From contig CAVSHB010000001.1 of assembly GCA_963727775.1 (NCBI GenBank), forward strand, positions 320,001-384,000: a stretch of 64,000 nucleotides of DNA. The letters are read 5' to 3'. The position numbers and the translations under genes are program-made. The stretch is from an uncultured Nitrospiraceae bacterium (GTDB lineage Bacteria > Nitrospirota > Thermodesulfovibrionia > Thermodesulfovibrionales > SM23-35). The notes beneath the pieces are model-generated. The model ran no database searches, was not told the DNA's origin, and saw only the letters and a program-made list of their open reading frames with translations. How positions within the stretch are numbered: position 1 is the stretch's first letter; every line of letters starts with the position of its first letter. Shown piece by piece: positions 28,341-37,521 of the stretch.

Positions 28341-28580
28341 TCAGTTCCTTGACCTCTTGAAATCCCTTAGATCGTCAGGATCAAGCACTATACTCCTGCC
28401 TATCCTCCGCGACTTAAGGGACCCTTTCTTTACCCATCGCCTGACTGTGATGTTCGCAACATCGAGATACTCAGCGGCCTCCTTTATCGTAAAGGGCTCA
28501 TTGAGGTCTTCAAACACTTCTGCGTGAGTGTAAGTATCCTTTTCAAAGCCCTGCCTTGCAATTACCGTAAAAAGCCTCTC
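28341..28580 (-). pseudogene. 5'-truncated excisionase-type HTH (HTH_17) protein, possible antitoxin remnant
   Basis: Manual translation ERLFTVIARQGFEKD...FTIKEAAEYLDVANITVRRWVKKGSL...; no plausible start seen for the N-terminal part. Confidence 0.65.
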
Positions 28581-28651
28581 CGATAAACCGAACCGATATA
28601 TGTAAAAAATGTATAATATATGAAGCAGTTAAAAAGGGGGTGAGCTATAAA

Positions 28652-28852
28652 ATGTTCGGTACTCAGGATATAGTCCTTATCGGGATAATAGTTGTTGTGC
28701 TGTTTGGCGCAACCAAATTGCCCCAGTTGGGGAAGGGGTTAGGCCAGGCAATAGGAAATTTCAAAAAATCCATGAATGAACCTGAAAAGTTGGAAGAAAC
28801 AACAAAAGACAGCTCGGAAAATGAAGAGACACAGAAAAAGGAAAGTGAATAG
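28652..28852 (+). CDS. tatA: Twin-arginine translocase TatA/TatE subunit
   Basis: VVLFGATKLPQLGKGLGQAIGNFK. Confidence 0.9.
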   Translation: MFGTQDIVLIGIIVVVLFGATKLPQLGKGLGQAIGNFKKSMNEPEKLEETTKDSSENEETQKKESE

Positions 28853-29812
28853 ATGAACAAGAAATTCCTTAAATCAGTATCGCTCATAACAGCCCTGCTG
28901 TTTATAAGCATTGCCGTCTTTGAACTTGACGCTTTTGCGAGGGCAGGCGGCGGTAGGTCTTTCGGCAGCAGGGGCTCGATGAGTTATTCCTCTCCGAGCC
29001 GATCGTATTCCGGTCCTTCAAGACAACAGGCTGCACCATCTCCTGCGCAGCCTTCATCGCCTCAGTCGCCGGGCGGCGGTTTTATGAGGAGTTTCGGTGG
29101 AGGGTTGCTCGGCGGGATGGTAGGCGGGATGCTCTTCAGGAGTCTCGGTTTCGGTGGATATGGAGGCGGGTTCGGCGGCAGCGGCATAGGCATCTTTGAA
29201 ATCCTGCTGATTTTTGCAATCGGGTATTTCATAATCAGAACAATCAAAAGAAACAGAAGGGAAGCGAATCTTTCCTACCAGACTTCGTCTCAACAGGGAG
29301 GTTACCGGACGGAAGGCTTCCCCGTAAATGAGAACAGCGGACAAGCATATAAAGAAGATATTTCCGTCGGGATATCGCATGTCCGGCAGTTTGATCCATC
29401 TTTTGACGAAGACCGCTTTAAAGACACTGCAATGGATATTTTCTTCAAAATCCAGGGGGCCTGGATGAACAGGAATTTGTCCCCGGTAAACGGCTTATTG
29501 ACAGCTGATATGAGGTCTATTTTCCAGGAGGATATCAACTCTCTGTTAAGAGAAAAAAGGGTGAACAGACTCGAAAACATCGCGGTAAGGAGCGTTGAAA
29601 TTGCCGAGGCCTGGCAGGAAGCAGGACAGGATTTTATTACGGTCCTTTTTCGGGCAAACCTCCTGGATTATACTACGGATGATATAACGGGAGAAGTTGT
29701 CGCAGGGAGCAAAACAGACCCTGTAAAATTTGAGGAATACTGGACTTTGACGAGGACGGTAGGAAATAACCCCTGGAGGCTTTCAGCGATTCAGCAGACA
29801 CAAAATAGTTAA
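28853..29812 (+). CDS. Tim44-like domain protein
   Basis: ARAGGGRSFGSRG, Gly-rich TM region, FEEYWTLTR..WRLSAIQQ. Confidence 0.85.
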   Translation: MNKKFLKSVSLITALLFISIAVFELDAFARAGGGRSFGSRGSMSYSSPSRSYSGPSRQQAAPSPAQPSSPQSPGGGFMRSFGGGLLGGMVGGMLFRSLGFGGYGGGFGGSGIGIFEILLIFAIGYFIIRTIKRNRREANLSYQTSSQQGGYRTEGFPVNENSGQAYKEDISVGISHVRQFDPSFDEDRFKDTAMDIFFKIQGAWMNRNLSPVNGLLTADMRSIFQEDINSLLREKRVNRLENIAVRSVEIAEAWQEAGQDFITVLFRANLLDYTTDDITGEVVAGSKTDPVKFEEYWTLTRTVGNNPWRLSAIQQTQNS

Positions 29813-29825
29813 ATAAGTAATAAAA

Positions 29826-29881
29826 TGTCTCAAATAAAAAACCCATCGATTTAAATGTCGACGGGTTTTTTATTTGAGACA
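29826..29881. terminator. Long bidirectional hairpin/terminator
   Basis: 19-bp perfect IR TGTCTCAAATAAAAAACCC / GGGTTTTTTATTTGAGACA. Confidence 0.7.
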
Positions 29882-29917
29882 ATTATGTTGGCTTGGTATA
29901 AAATCATTATAGGTTCT

Positions 29918-32479
29918 ATGGACAATAATCTTGACATCAAAACCATCCCGGGCCTATCTAATGCCGAAGCAGTCCGAAGGCTGAAAACAGAGGGCTACAA
30001 CGAACTCCCGTCTACTAAAAAGCGCAGTGTCTTTGCAATCGCATTTGAAGTGGTGCGCGAGCCGATGTTTTTGCTTTTGATTACCGGCGGGGCAATATAT
30101 CTCTTGCTGGGTGATATACGTGAAGCGGTAATGCTGCTCAGTTTTGTGTTCGTTGTCATGGGCATTACTCTCTATCAGGAACGCAAGACTGAGCGGGCTT
30201 TGGAGGCCTTGAGGGATTTATCAAGCCCGCGTGCCTTGGTAATAAGAGATGGCGAGCAACAGAGAATTCCGGGCCGTGAAGTAGTACGGGGAGATATTAT
30301 AGTGCTTTCCGAGGGCAACAGGGTGCCGGCGGACGCGGTAATAATCTCCTGTGTAAGCCTGTCCGTTGATGAATCTCTGTTAACCGGAGAATCGGCGCCT
30401 GTGAGAAAAACCTTGTGCGATGGGACCGCCGGGATGTCGCCTCCGGGAGGTGATGATTTGCCTTCTGTTTACTCAGGGACTTTGACGGTCAAAGGGTTCG
30501 GCATTGCCGAGGTCTGGGCAACCGGCATGAATACCGAAATCGGGAAGATAGGCAAGGCGTTGCAGACAATCGAACCCCAGGAGACCCCATTGCAAAAAGA
30601 GACCAGGCAACTCGTGCGGAATCTTGCCGTTGTGGGCTTGGTGCTTTGTATACTGGTGATTACGGTGTACGGACTCACCAAAGGTAACTGGCTTAACGGG
30701 CTTCTGGCGGGCATAACTTTGGCGATGGCAATGTTACCGGAAGAATTCCCTGTGGTGTTGACCGTTTTTCTGGCATTAGGAGCATGGAGGATTTCCCAAA
30801 GGCGGGTCCTTACCCGAAGGATACCTGTAGTAGAAACACTCGGGTCAGCCTCTGTCTTATGCGTGGACAAAACCGGGACCTTGACTTTAAACAGGATGTC
30901 GGCACGTAAAATATTTTCCCGCGACAAATTTCATGATTTGGACCAGCGGGACAATAGTCTTCCCGAAAATTTCCATGAAGTCATAGAATTCAGCATGCTG
31001 GCAAGCCAGGTATCCCCTTTCGACCCAATGGAAAAAGCCTTAAGGGAATTAGGCGGGAACGCCCTGTCCGGGACCGAGCATCTCCATACCAACTGGACGC
31101 TGGTGCAGGAATATCCCCTGTCGCAAAACCTGATGGCGATGTCGCGCGTCTGGAAATCACCCGACAGCAGAAATTATATTATCGCTTCAAAAGGCTCTCC
31201 GGAAGCCATTGCCGACATATGCCATTTGGATAAAAAACAACTTCAGGGGTTATTAGGCCATATCAATTCTATGGCTGAGGAAGGTCTCAGAATAATCGGG
31301 GTGGCCAAGGCCGAATTCAAACAGACAGACCTCCCCGGTGAGCAGCATGATTTTAAATTTGAATTCCTGGGGCTCATCGGATTGGCAGACCCGATTCGTC
31401 ACGGTGTTGCCGCAGCAATCAAGGAATGTTATACCGCAGGCATCAGGGTCGTCATGATTACCGGTGATTATCCTGTTACCGCTCAAAATATAGCGGGACA
31501 GATAGGGCTTAAACAATCGGACGGAATCATTACAGGCTTAGAACTGGAGGCAATGAACGATTTAGAACTCGGGGAACGCATCAGGACAGCCAATATCTTT
31601 GCTCGGGTTGTCCCGGAACAAAAGCTGCGCATTGTAAATGCCCTCAAAGCCCATGGAGAGGTCGTTGCCATGACGGGGGACGGTGTTAATGATGCAGCAG
31701 CCTTGAAATCCGCACACATAGGCATAGCAATGGGAGGGCGCGGTACCGACGTGGCCCGTGAGGCTTCTTCCATAGTGTTGCTGGATGATGACTTTTCTTC
31801 TATAGTGCAGGCTGTTAGAATGGGGCGCAGGATTTTCGATAATCTAAAAAAAGCGATGGCCTATATATTTGCAATCCACATCCCCATTGCCGGGATGTCG
31901 CTGCTCCCCGTCCTTTTCAATTGGCCTCTGGTGCTGCTGCCTTTCCATATAGTTTTCCTTGAACTGATCATCGACCCGGCATGTTCAATCGGTTTTGAAG
32001 CCGAGCCTGAAGAACCCCATATAATGGACCGGCCGCCGCGTAATTTACTGGAGCCTCTGTTTGAAAAACGAATCATCGTATTCAGCGTGCTGCAGGGGTT
32101 AGGTGTATTGCTTGTTGTTTTGGCTGTTTTTCTCATTGCGATGTATAGGGGACAAAGCGAACAGGATGCCCGCGCCCTCAGCTTTACCACGCTTATTGTT
32201 GCGAATCTCGGCTTAATATTAACGAACCGCTCATGGTCACGTACTATAATAAATACCCTGCATCAGCCTAATACCGCGCTTTGGGGAGTATTAGGCGGAG
32301 CATTGTTTTTTTTGTGCATGGTACTCTACATCCCGTTTTTGAGAGAAATGTTTCATTTCAGCCGGCTGCATGTTGTTGACCTGGCTATCTGTTTTTCTGC
32401 GGGGATTATAAGTATTATTTGGTTTGAAGGCTTTAAGATGATGAATAGCCGTCAAAATAAAATATCTTTTAAGAGCTGA
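29918..32479 (+). CDS. Cation-transporting P-type ATPase (P2-like)
   Basis: TGES, PEEFP, DKTGTLT, KGSPE, TGDGVND. Confidence 0.95.
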   Translation: MDNNLDIKTIPGLSNAEAVRRLKTEGYNELPSTKKRSVFAIAFEVVREPMFLLLITGGAIYLLLGDIREAVMLLSFVFVVMGITLYQERKTERALEALRDLSSPRALVIRDGEQQRIPGREVVRGDIIVLSEGNRVPADAVIISCVSLSVDESLLTGESAPVRKTLCDGTAGMSPPGGDDLPSVYSGTLTVKGFGIAEVWATGMNTEIGKIGKALQTIEPQETPLQKETRQLVRNLAVVGLVLCILVITVYGLTKGNWLNGLLAGITLAMAMLPEEFPVVLTVFLALGAWRISQRRVLTRRIPVVETLGSASVLCVDKTGTLTLNRMSARKIFSRDKFHDLDQRDNSLPENFHEVIEFSMLASQVSPFDPMEKALRELGGNALSGTEHLHTNWTLVQEYPLSQNLMAMSRVWKSPDSRNYIIASKGSPEAIADICHLDKKQLQGLLGHINSMAEEGLRIIGVAKAEFKQTDLPGEQHDFKFEFLGLIGLADPIRHGVAAAIKECYTAGIRVVMITGDYPVTAQNIAGQIGLKQSDGIITGLELEAMNDLELGERIRTANIFARVVPEQKLRIVNALKAHGEVVAMTGDGVNDAAALKSAHIGIAMGGRGTDVAREASSIVLLDDDFSSIVQAVRMGRRIFDNLKKAMAYIFAIHIPIAGMSLLPVLFNWPLVLLPFHIVFLELIIDPACSIGFEAEPEEPHIMDRPPRNLLEPLFEKRIIVFSVLQGLGVLLVVLAVFLIAMYRGQSEQDARALSFTTLIVANLGLILTNRSWSRTIINTLHQPNTALWGVLGGALFFLCMVLYIPFLREMFHFSRLHVVDLAICFSAGIISIIWFEGFKMMNSRQNKISFKS

Positions 32480-32486
32480 ATATAAA

Positions 32487-33056
32487 ATGATGTCACTCGA
32501 GGCATTGGTAACAACATATGGTTATTGGGCGTTGCTTATCGGGACGTTCTTTGAAGGAGAGACGATACTAATTATAGGAGGGCTCACAGCGCACCTGGGT
32601 TACCTTGATTTGCGGATTGTAATACTGGTTGCATTTATCGGGAGTTTTTCGGGAGATCAATTCTATTTTTTCCTCGGGCGTTTTAAAGGCCCGGTCCTCC
32701 TGTTAAAACATCCTGAATGGCATAAGCGTGTGAGTAAAGTCCATCAACTCATCGAGAGGTATCATGACTTCATAATGCTGGGGTTCAGGTTTGTATACGG
32801 GATTCGTATTTTGACCCCTATCGTACTTGCAATGAACAAACGCGTCAGAACAAGCCGTTTTGTCATATTCAATGCCATCGGCGCCGTAATATGGTCAGTC
32901 GGAGTTGCAGGGGGAGGATATCTGTTCGGGCGTGCACTGGAAATTGTTCTCAAGGACATCAAACGCTATCAAATCGGTGTGATAGTGATAATTTCTATTG
33001 CAGGTACTGTGATTTGGATCATTCATAAGTACAGGGAGAGAAGGAAGGAACCGTAA
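32487..33056 (+). CDS. DedA family membrane protein
   Basis: GTFFEGE, GDQFYFFLGR, RFVYGIR. Confidence 0.9.
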   Translation: MMSLEALVTTYGYWALLIGTFFEGETILIIGGLTAHLGYLDLRIVILVAFIGSFSGDQFYFFLGRFKGPVLLLKHPEWHKRVSKVHQLIERYHDFIMLGFRFVYGIRILTPIVLAMNKRVRTSRFVIFNAIGAVIWSVGVAGGGYLFGRALEIVLKDIKRYQIGVIVIISIAGTVIWIIHKYRERRKEP

Positions 33057-33105
33057 TTATCTTTTTTATAATTTCGATACTGCCATGCAATATCCCGCGC
33101 AACAA

Positions 33106-33861
33106 TTATTTCACTATGCGTTTTCTCATAAGTCTGAAAGGATAGGGGGCAAGCAGGGCGGCGACGACTAATACCCAAACTATATCCCATCCCGGCGCCG
33201 AAACTTTCCCGGACGCGAACCCTCTGCAAATGTTTACGAGGTGGTAGAGCGGTGTAAAAAAAGCTATCTTTACAACTACAGCCGGCAGATTGTCGAGCGG
33301 GAAGAAGATACCTGAAAAAAGGAACAGCGGGGTCATAAACAGCGTATAGAAATAATTAAAGGAATCTATACCGGGCACTATTGCGGTGAATATGACCGAT
33401 ATCTCGGCAAAGATAAGCCCGCTTATGAAAAGAATCGGGATGGCCAGGATTATCAATGGGGAATCAGCAAGTCCGAACACGGATATGACAATAATAATTA
33501 TCGTGCCGTAAAGTAGGCTCTTTGTTGCTCCCCATATGAGTTCGCCTGCCACAAGATCTCCGATATTGACAGGCGTTGCGAGTATCGCATCGAATGTCTT
33601 TTGATAAGTCATCCTTACATAGGTGCCATACGTGCATTCATAGATCACGGCAAACATTGAAGAAGACGCGATGATTCCCGGAGCTATGAATTTAACATAG
33701 GGCACGCCGTTTATTTCCTTTACAAATGCGCCGAGACCAAGCCCCATGGCTGCAAGGTACAGGACCGGTTCGACGAAATTTAGGGCGATACTTGACTTAT
33801 ACAGCTTTGTATAAACCGTTAGATGCCTCTGCCAGACCCTGAATGCACGCTTAATGTTCAT
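33106..33861 (-). CDS. ABC-2 permease (NodJ-like)
   Basis: FIAPG, ILATP, PLFLFSGIFFP. Confidence 0.88.
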   Translation of the reverse strand: MNIKRAFRVWQRHLTVYTKLYKSSIALNFVEPVLYLAAMGLGLGAFVKEINGVPYVKFIAPGIIASSSMFAVIYECTYGTYVRMTYQKTFDAILATPVNIGDLVAGELIWGATKSLLYGTIIIIVISVFGLADSPLIILAIPILFISGLIFAEISVIFTAIVPGIDSFNYFYTLFMTPLFLFSGIFFPLDNLPAVVVKIAFFTPLYHLVNICRGFASGKVSAPGWDIVWVLVVAALLAPYPFRLMRKRIVK

Positions 33862-33871
33862 AAGTATTCCC

Positions 33872-34603
33872 TCAGTCCTTAAGCGCCTTGCCTGTTAATT
33901 TTAGATACACCTCTTCCAAATCCCCTCCGTGAAGACCCATGAGGTTCGATGGAGTATCTATAGTTATTATCTTTCCTGAATCCATGATCGCCACCCTGTC
34001 GCAGAGGATTTCGGCTTCCTCCATATAATGAGTGGTGAGGACCAGTGTTGTATTTTTTGCTTTGAGACGGTCCAGCTTGTCCCATACGGAACGCCTGCTG
34101 TGCGGGTCGAGTCCGGTGGTCGGCTCATCAAGTATCATGAGCTCGGGATTATTGATCAATGACCGCGCCAGTATCAGCCTCCTCTTCATTCCTCCCGAGA
34201 GGCTGCCGATCTTCACATTTGCTTTTTCCTTCATTTCAACAAAATCGAGAAGTTCCCACGCCAAAGGCGAGGAAACCTTTTTCGGGATATCGAAGTACCG
34301 CGCATATACAATGAGGTTTTCAAGGACATTTAGATCCGGATCGAGATTGTCGTCCTGCGGCATGACGCCTATCCTTGCTTTAATCCGGCCCGGGTCTTCA
34401 ACGACGTTTATCCCGAATACCCTCAGGTCCCCGGATGTCGGAGGCATAAAGCAATATATGGTGCGCATTACCGTAGTCTTTCCGGCACCATTCGGTCCCA
34501 GAAACCCAAAACATTCTCCACTGAAAATTTCGAAATCCACTGCATTCACAGCTCTGAAGGAATCATAATCTTTGGTCAGTGCCTTTGCGCTTACTATGGT
34601 CAT
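33872..34603 (-). CDS. ABC transporter ATP-binding protein (NodI-like)
   Basis: GPNGAGKTT, LSGGMKRR, LDEPTTGLDP, TTHYMEEA. Confidence 0.9.
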   Translation of the reverse strand: MTIVSAKALTKDYDSFRAVNAVDFEIFSGECFGFLGPNGAGKTTVMRTIYCFMPPTSGDLRVFGINVVEDPGRIKARIGVMPQDDNLDPDLNVLENLIVYARYFDIPKKVSSPLAWELLDFVEMKEKANVKIGSLSGGMKRRLILARSLINNPELMILDEPTTGLDPHSRRSVWDKLDRLKAKNTTLVLTTHYMEEAEILCDRVAIMDSGKIITIDTPSNLMGLHGGDLEEVYLKLTGKALKD

Positions 34604-34702
34604 AGAACCATTATAGTCATGCCCGGACCCTTTATCAATTCGGTGTATAATTTGCAATCTTTTTCTATCGGAATAAGAAGTATTTGCACCGGGATATAAT
34701 TA

Positions 34703-34790
34703 ATGCTGAAGGAAGGTTGTTGTGTGCCGGTAATTCATGCCGTTCCCAGATGGCGGAAGAGTTTGCTCTGGAAATCGGCAAGGCTGCTTG
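34703..34790 (+). pseudogene. Remnant of arsenate reductase ArsC / LMW-PTP
   Basis: CAGNSCRSQMAEEFALEIGK (Cx5R P-loop) from 34723, out of frame with ATG 34703; rest missing. Confidence 0.7.
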
Positions 34791-34795
34791 CTCAG

Positions 34796-34999
34796 CTAAA
34801 CTTTTCTTAATACTTTTGACAAGAATATAGGGCAATTGTCGTAGTTGTCTGTTCCGCAGCAATTGTCCCTTTTCTGGTTATCGATTGCCATTGATGAGAA
34901 TGAGGCCATACATACATTAATGCCGTTGTATGGACATACCGTCTCGTGGCTACCGTATCTTGCTTGCTCTTGATGACCTGTGTAGATATTCATATCCAC
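34796..34999 (-). CDS. Small Cys-rich hypothetical protein
   Basis: AAGGAGG RBS; CP-x6-C...CC-x6-CP; preceded by a Pho-box-like site. Confidence 0.7.
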   Translation of the reverse strand: MDMNIYTGHQEQARYGSHETVCPYNGINVCMASFSSMAIDNQKRDNCCGTDNYDNCPIFLSKVLRKV

Positions 35000-35012
35000 C
35001 TCCTTTGTTAAG

Positions 35013-35055
35013 ACTTTATCAAAAGGATATTACATGATTATGAAAGAAAGGTTAA
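35013..35055 (-). promoter_or_regulatory. Pho-box-like site 1 with -10 element
   Basis: 11-bp-period units at 35029/35040/35051; TAAAGT 10 nt downstream on the minus strand. Confidence 0.75.
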
Positions 35056-35098
35056 ATTTTGAATTGAAAAGAAGAAGATTACCAGCATGTTTGACAAG

Positions 35099-36331
35099 TT
35101 ATTGAGGCATGTAGTAAGCAAGTCTGGCTTTTATGCTGTTTGCGAATCTATATCTCCATGATAATATGCCGGTCTCAGGACATGGCGACAGCATTGAATC
35201 CTTGCCGATTATGTATCTGTTTCCTCTCCATACAACCGTGGTAGACAATATAGGCGCAAACCAGATCAGACCGATAATGATGTCTTTGACCGGTGATAAG
35301 AAATACAGCAGGAAGCTCATTTTTGTTTTTATCTTTTTGCCGATATAGAAATCGCCCAATATTTTTATCGAGCTTACACCTGCCGCAAAAACCAATGTTA
35401 TCCTGGATGGCTCCCATAGAAATATCGGGAGAACAGACATAAACACGGCATTACTGAACAGTTCGGAAAAATACCTGATGCCGCCGATTTTCCATCTTAG
35501 CTTTCCCCATCTCGTATGCCTGTTGATGAATTTCCTTATGCCCCAATATTCGTTCACATTCTTGATAATATGATTGGACAAAATAACCTTCTTCCCCATT
35601 TTATGCATCTTTTGCCCGATCAGGTAATCTTCGGCAAGTACGTCTTTTACCGCTTTAAATCCGCCGATGGCTTCAAAGTCCTGTTTTTTCATAAGCATGG
35701 ATTTTCCAACAACACAGGGCATTTTAAGGAGTTTGTCCAGAAGGCAGACGCCGCCCAGAACAAAAGAATTCAGGTGCAGGTTCTCAAAGATCGAGCCAAA
35801 AGTGCGGCCTCCCGTCCCTTTTATCATATTGCTTACCAATCCTACTTCAGGATCTCGCATAGTGCTAACGATCTCCCGCAGGTAATTCTTATCAACAATG
35901 ACATTGCTGTCACTTATAAGAATATGCTCAAACCTCGCAATTTTGTATGCGGGGATAAGATTGTTGACTTTCGGATTAAGGCCGGCGTTGCATCGTTCCA
36001 CTATGATGGTAATATCCTTATCAGGATATTTGTCTTTTATCTTCCTTGCCACCTTATACGCGGGGTCATTTTGGTCCCGGAGTGAAAATATGACCTCATA
36101 TTCAGGATAATCCTGCATACAGATACTTGCAAGGTTATCGAATAGATTATCATCAAGTCCTTTGAGAGGTTTAAGGATAGAAACACCGGTCGGAGGCAAA
36201 GGTACATCTGTGCTTTCCTCTCCTCTGTTTTTACATTTTCCCTGCAGTGTTGCCCGGACCGCCCATATCTGAAGTCCATACCCGATAAGTCCCAGTGCGG
36301 CTACGCCCGCAAAAATCAAAAATATCTCCAT
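35099..36331 (-). CDS. Ceramide glucosyltransferase / HpnI-like glycosyltransferase
   Basis: SILKPLKG, GLNPKVNNL, ISDSN, LAEDY, RHTRW, VVWRG. Confidence 0.85.
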   Translation of the reverse strand: MEIFLIFAGVAALGLIGYGLQIWAVRATLQGKCKNRGEESTDVPLPPTGVSILKPLKGLDDNLFDNLASICMQDYPEYEVIFSLRDQNDPAYKVARKIKDKYPDKDITIIVERCNAGLNPKVNNLIPAYKIARFEHILISDSNVIVDKNYLREIVSTMRDPEVGLVSNMIKGTGGRTFGSIFENLHLNSFVLGGVCLLDKLLKMPCVVGKSMLMKKQDFEAIGGFKAVKDVLAEDYLIGQKMHKMGKKVILSNHIIKNVNEYWGIRKFINRHTRWGKLRWKIGGIRYFSELFSNAVFMSVLPIFLWEPSRITLVFAAGVSSIKILGDFYIGKKIKTKMSFLLYFLSPVKDIIIGLIWFAPILSTTVVWRGNRYIIGKDSMLSPCPETGILSWRYRFANSIKARLAYYMPQ

Positions 36332-36344
36332 CTGTTCTCCTTTC

Positions 36345-37037
36345 TTAATTTCTAAATAAAGTTATCGCGACGCCCTTGTTATGCCTGATACACTGTTTTA
36401 TTGAACCAATATCTTTTTCGCAATTCAGCAGGGTCTTCCATGAATAAACATGCCGCGGCCTGTGGAAATCACTGTTTGCGATATAGGGATACTTCTTCAG
36501 GCTTATCACATTGAACACATCATCTCTATTGGCAATCTCCCAGGCATCGATGTATTTGGCATACTTTTCCCTGTTATTCCACAGGAAGAGCGTGTCACGT
36601 ACGGCCATTTCCGAACTGTAGTGCGGATGACAGGCGATGATCAGTGCATCCTGCTGTTTAGCTTCAAGGAATATCTTTTCATAATCCCAGCAAGCAGGTA
36701 TAAACTTCCTTATGTTGAGTATGAGGATATGAGCGGACTTATCAGAAGTGAGGTGGTTTTTGGTAATCTCAACTCCCGGGATTACGAGCATTTGATATTT
36801 GTCCCACGCCCTTTCGGCTTCCCGCCCGACATGAGACATGTAGTCGTTGAAATTGTCCTCCGTGACCGAGAATCTGAAACGGTTTGCGAGTTTTCCGAAT
36901 GAATTGTCTCCGCTCACTACGTGGTCGGTTATGGCGATAACATCAAAACCGGCCTGTCCGAAGAGGTCAACTGCCCTTCTCAACTCTACCGAGCCGTCAG
37001 AGTACTTCGTGTGAATATGAAAATCACACAGTAACAT
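36345..37037 (-). CDS. PHP-domain phosphoesterase
   Basis: DFHIHT..SDG, ITDH, PGVE, CHP, NSDFH. Confidence 0.88.
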   Translation of the reverse strand: MLLCDFHIHTKYSDGSVELRRAVDLFGQAGFDVIAITDHVVSGDNSFGKLANRFRFSVTEDNFNDYMSHVGREAERAWDKYQMLVIPGVEITKNHLTSDKSAHILILNIRKFIPACWDYEKIFLEAKQQDALIIACHPHYSSEMAVRDTLFLWNNREKYAKYIDAWEIANRDDVFNVISLKKYPYIANSDFHRPRHVYSWKTLLNCEKDIGSIKQCIRHNKGVAITLFRN

Positions 37038-37044
37038 TAATAAG

Positions 37045-37098
37045 ATTATAAATTTTATTAATTACAGGATTATGAAAAGAAGGTTAATATTCTGTTAA
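37045..37098 (-). promoter_or_regulatory. Pho-box-like site 2 with -10 element (probably leaderless)
   Basis: Units at 37061/72/83/94; TATAAT 10 nt downstream, ATG 7 nt after it. Confidence 0.8.
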
Positions 37099-37116
37099 AA
37101 ACTGATAATTTCAGAC

Positions 37117-37521
37117 TTATGAAAGGCTTAAATAAAAAGCTACCTTTTCCGTCAGATCAAAAACATTGCCATTTTCCGTCAGATCAAAAACATTGCCCTT
37201 GCATATATATCCATGCACTCCGGACTCAACCACAGCCGTTCTCAGGCTGTCTTCATCGTTGGAGGAATGAAAAACAACAGGTATATGTTTTGTGCCGCCG
37301 TTTGTCAGGATCATACCGGACAGTTTGATGCCTGAGAGGCAAGGCATATTAATATCCAGAAGGACAAGATCCGGCTGAATTGTTTTTACGAGATTTGTTG
37401 TGCCGACCCACATATGGTGTGTAAACACCTCATATCCTTCATTCTCCAATATTTCTTTTACAGTGACGAGAAGGTTTGTGTCATCGTCGACGACAAGTAT
37501 CTTTTTCTTAGTTTTCTCCAT
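37117..37521 (-). CDS. Single-domain response regulator
   Basis: ILVVDDD, LLDINMP, ICK. Confidence 0.85.
   Translation of the reverse strand: MEKTKKKILVVDDDTNLLVTVKEILENEGYEVFTHHMWVGTTNLVKTIQPDLVLLDINMPCLSGIKLSGMILTNGGTKHIPVVFHSSNDEDSLRTAVVESGVHGYICKGNVFDLTENGNVFDLTEKVAFYLSLS
37145..37197. repeat. 27-bp-period tandem duplication within the receiver gene
   Basis: TTTTCCGTCAGATCAAAAACATTGCC at 37145-70 and 37172-97. Confidence 0.95.

Noticed and set aside
28200..28600. Possible riboswitch upstream of luxR
   Set aside because: Most of the interval is explained by the HTH remnant; no aptamer consensus recognised.
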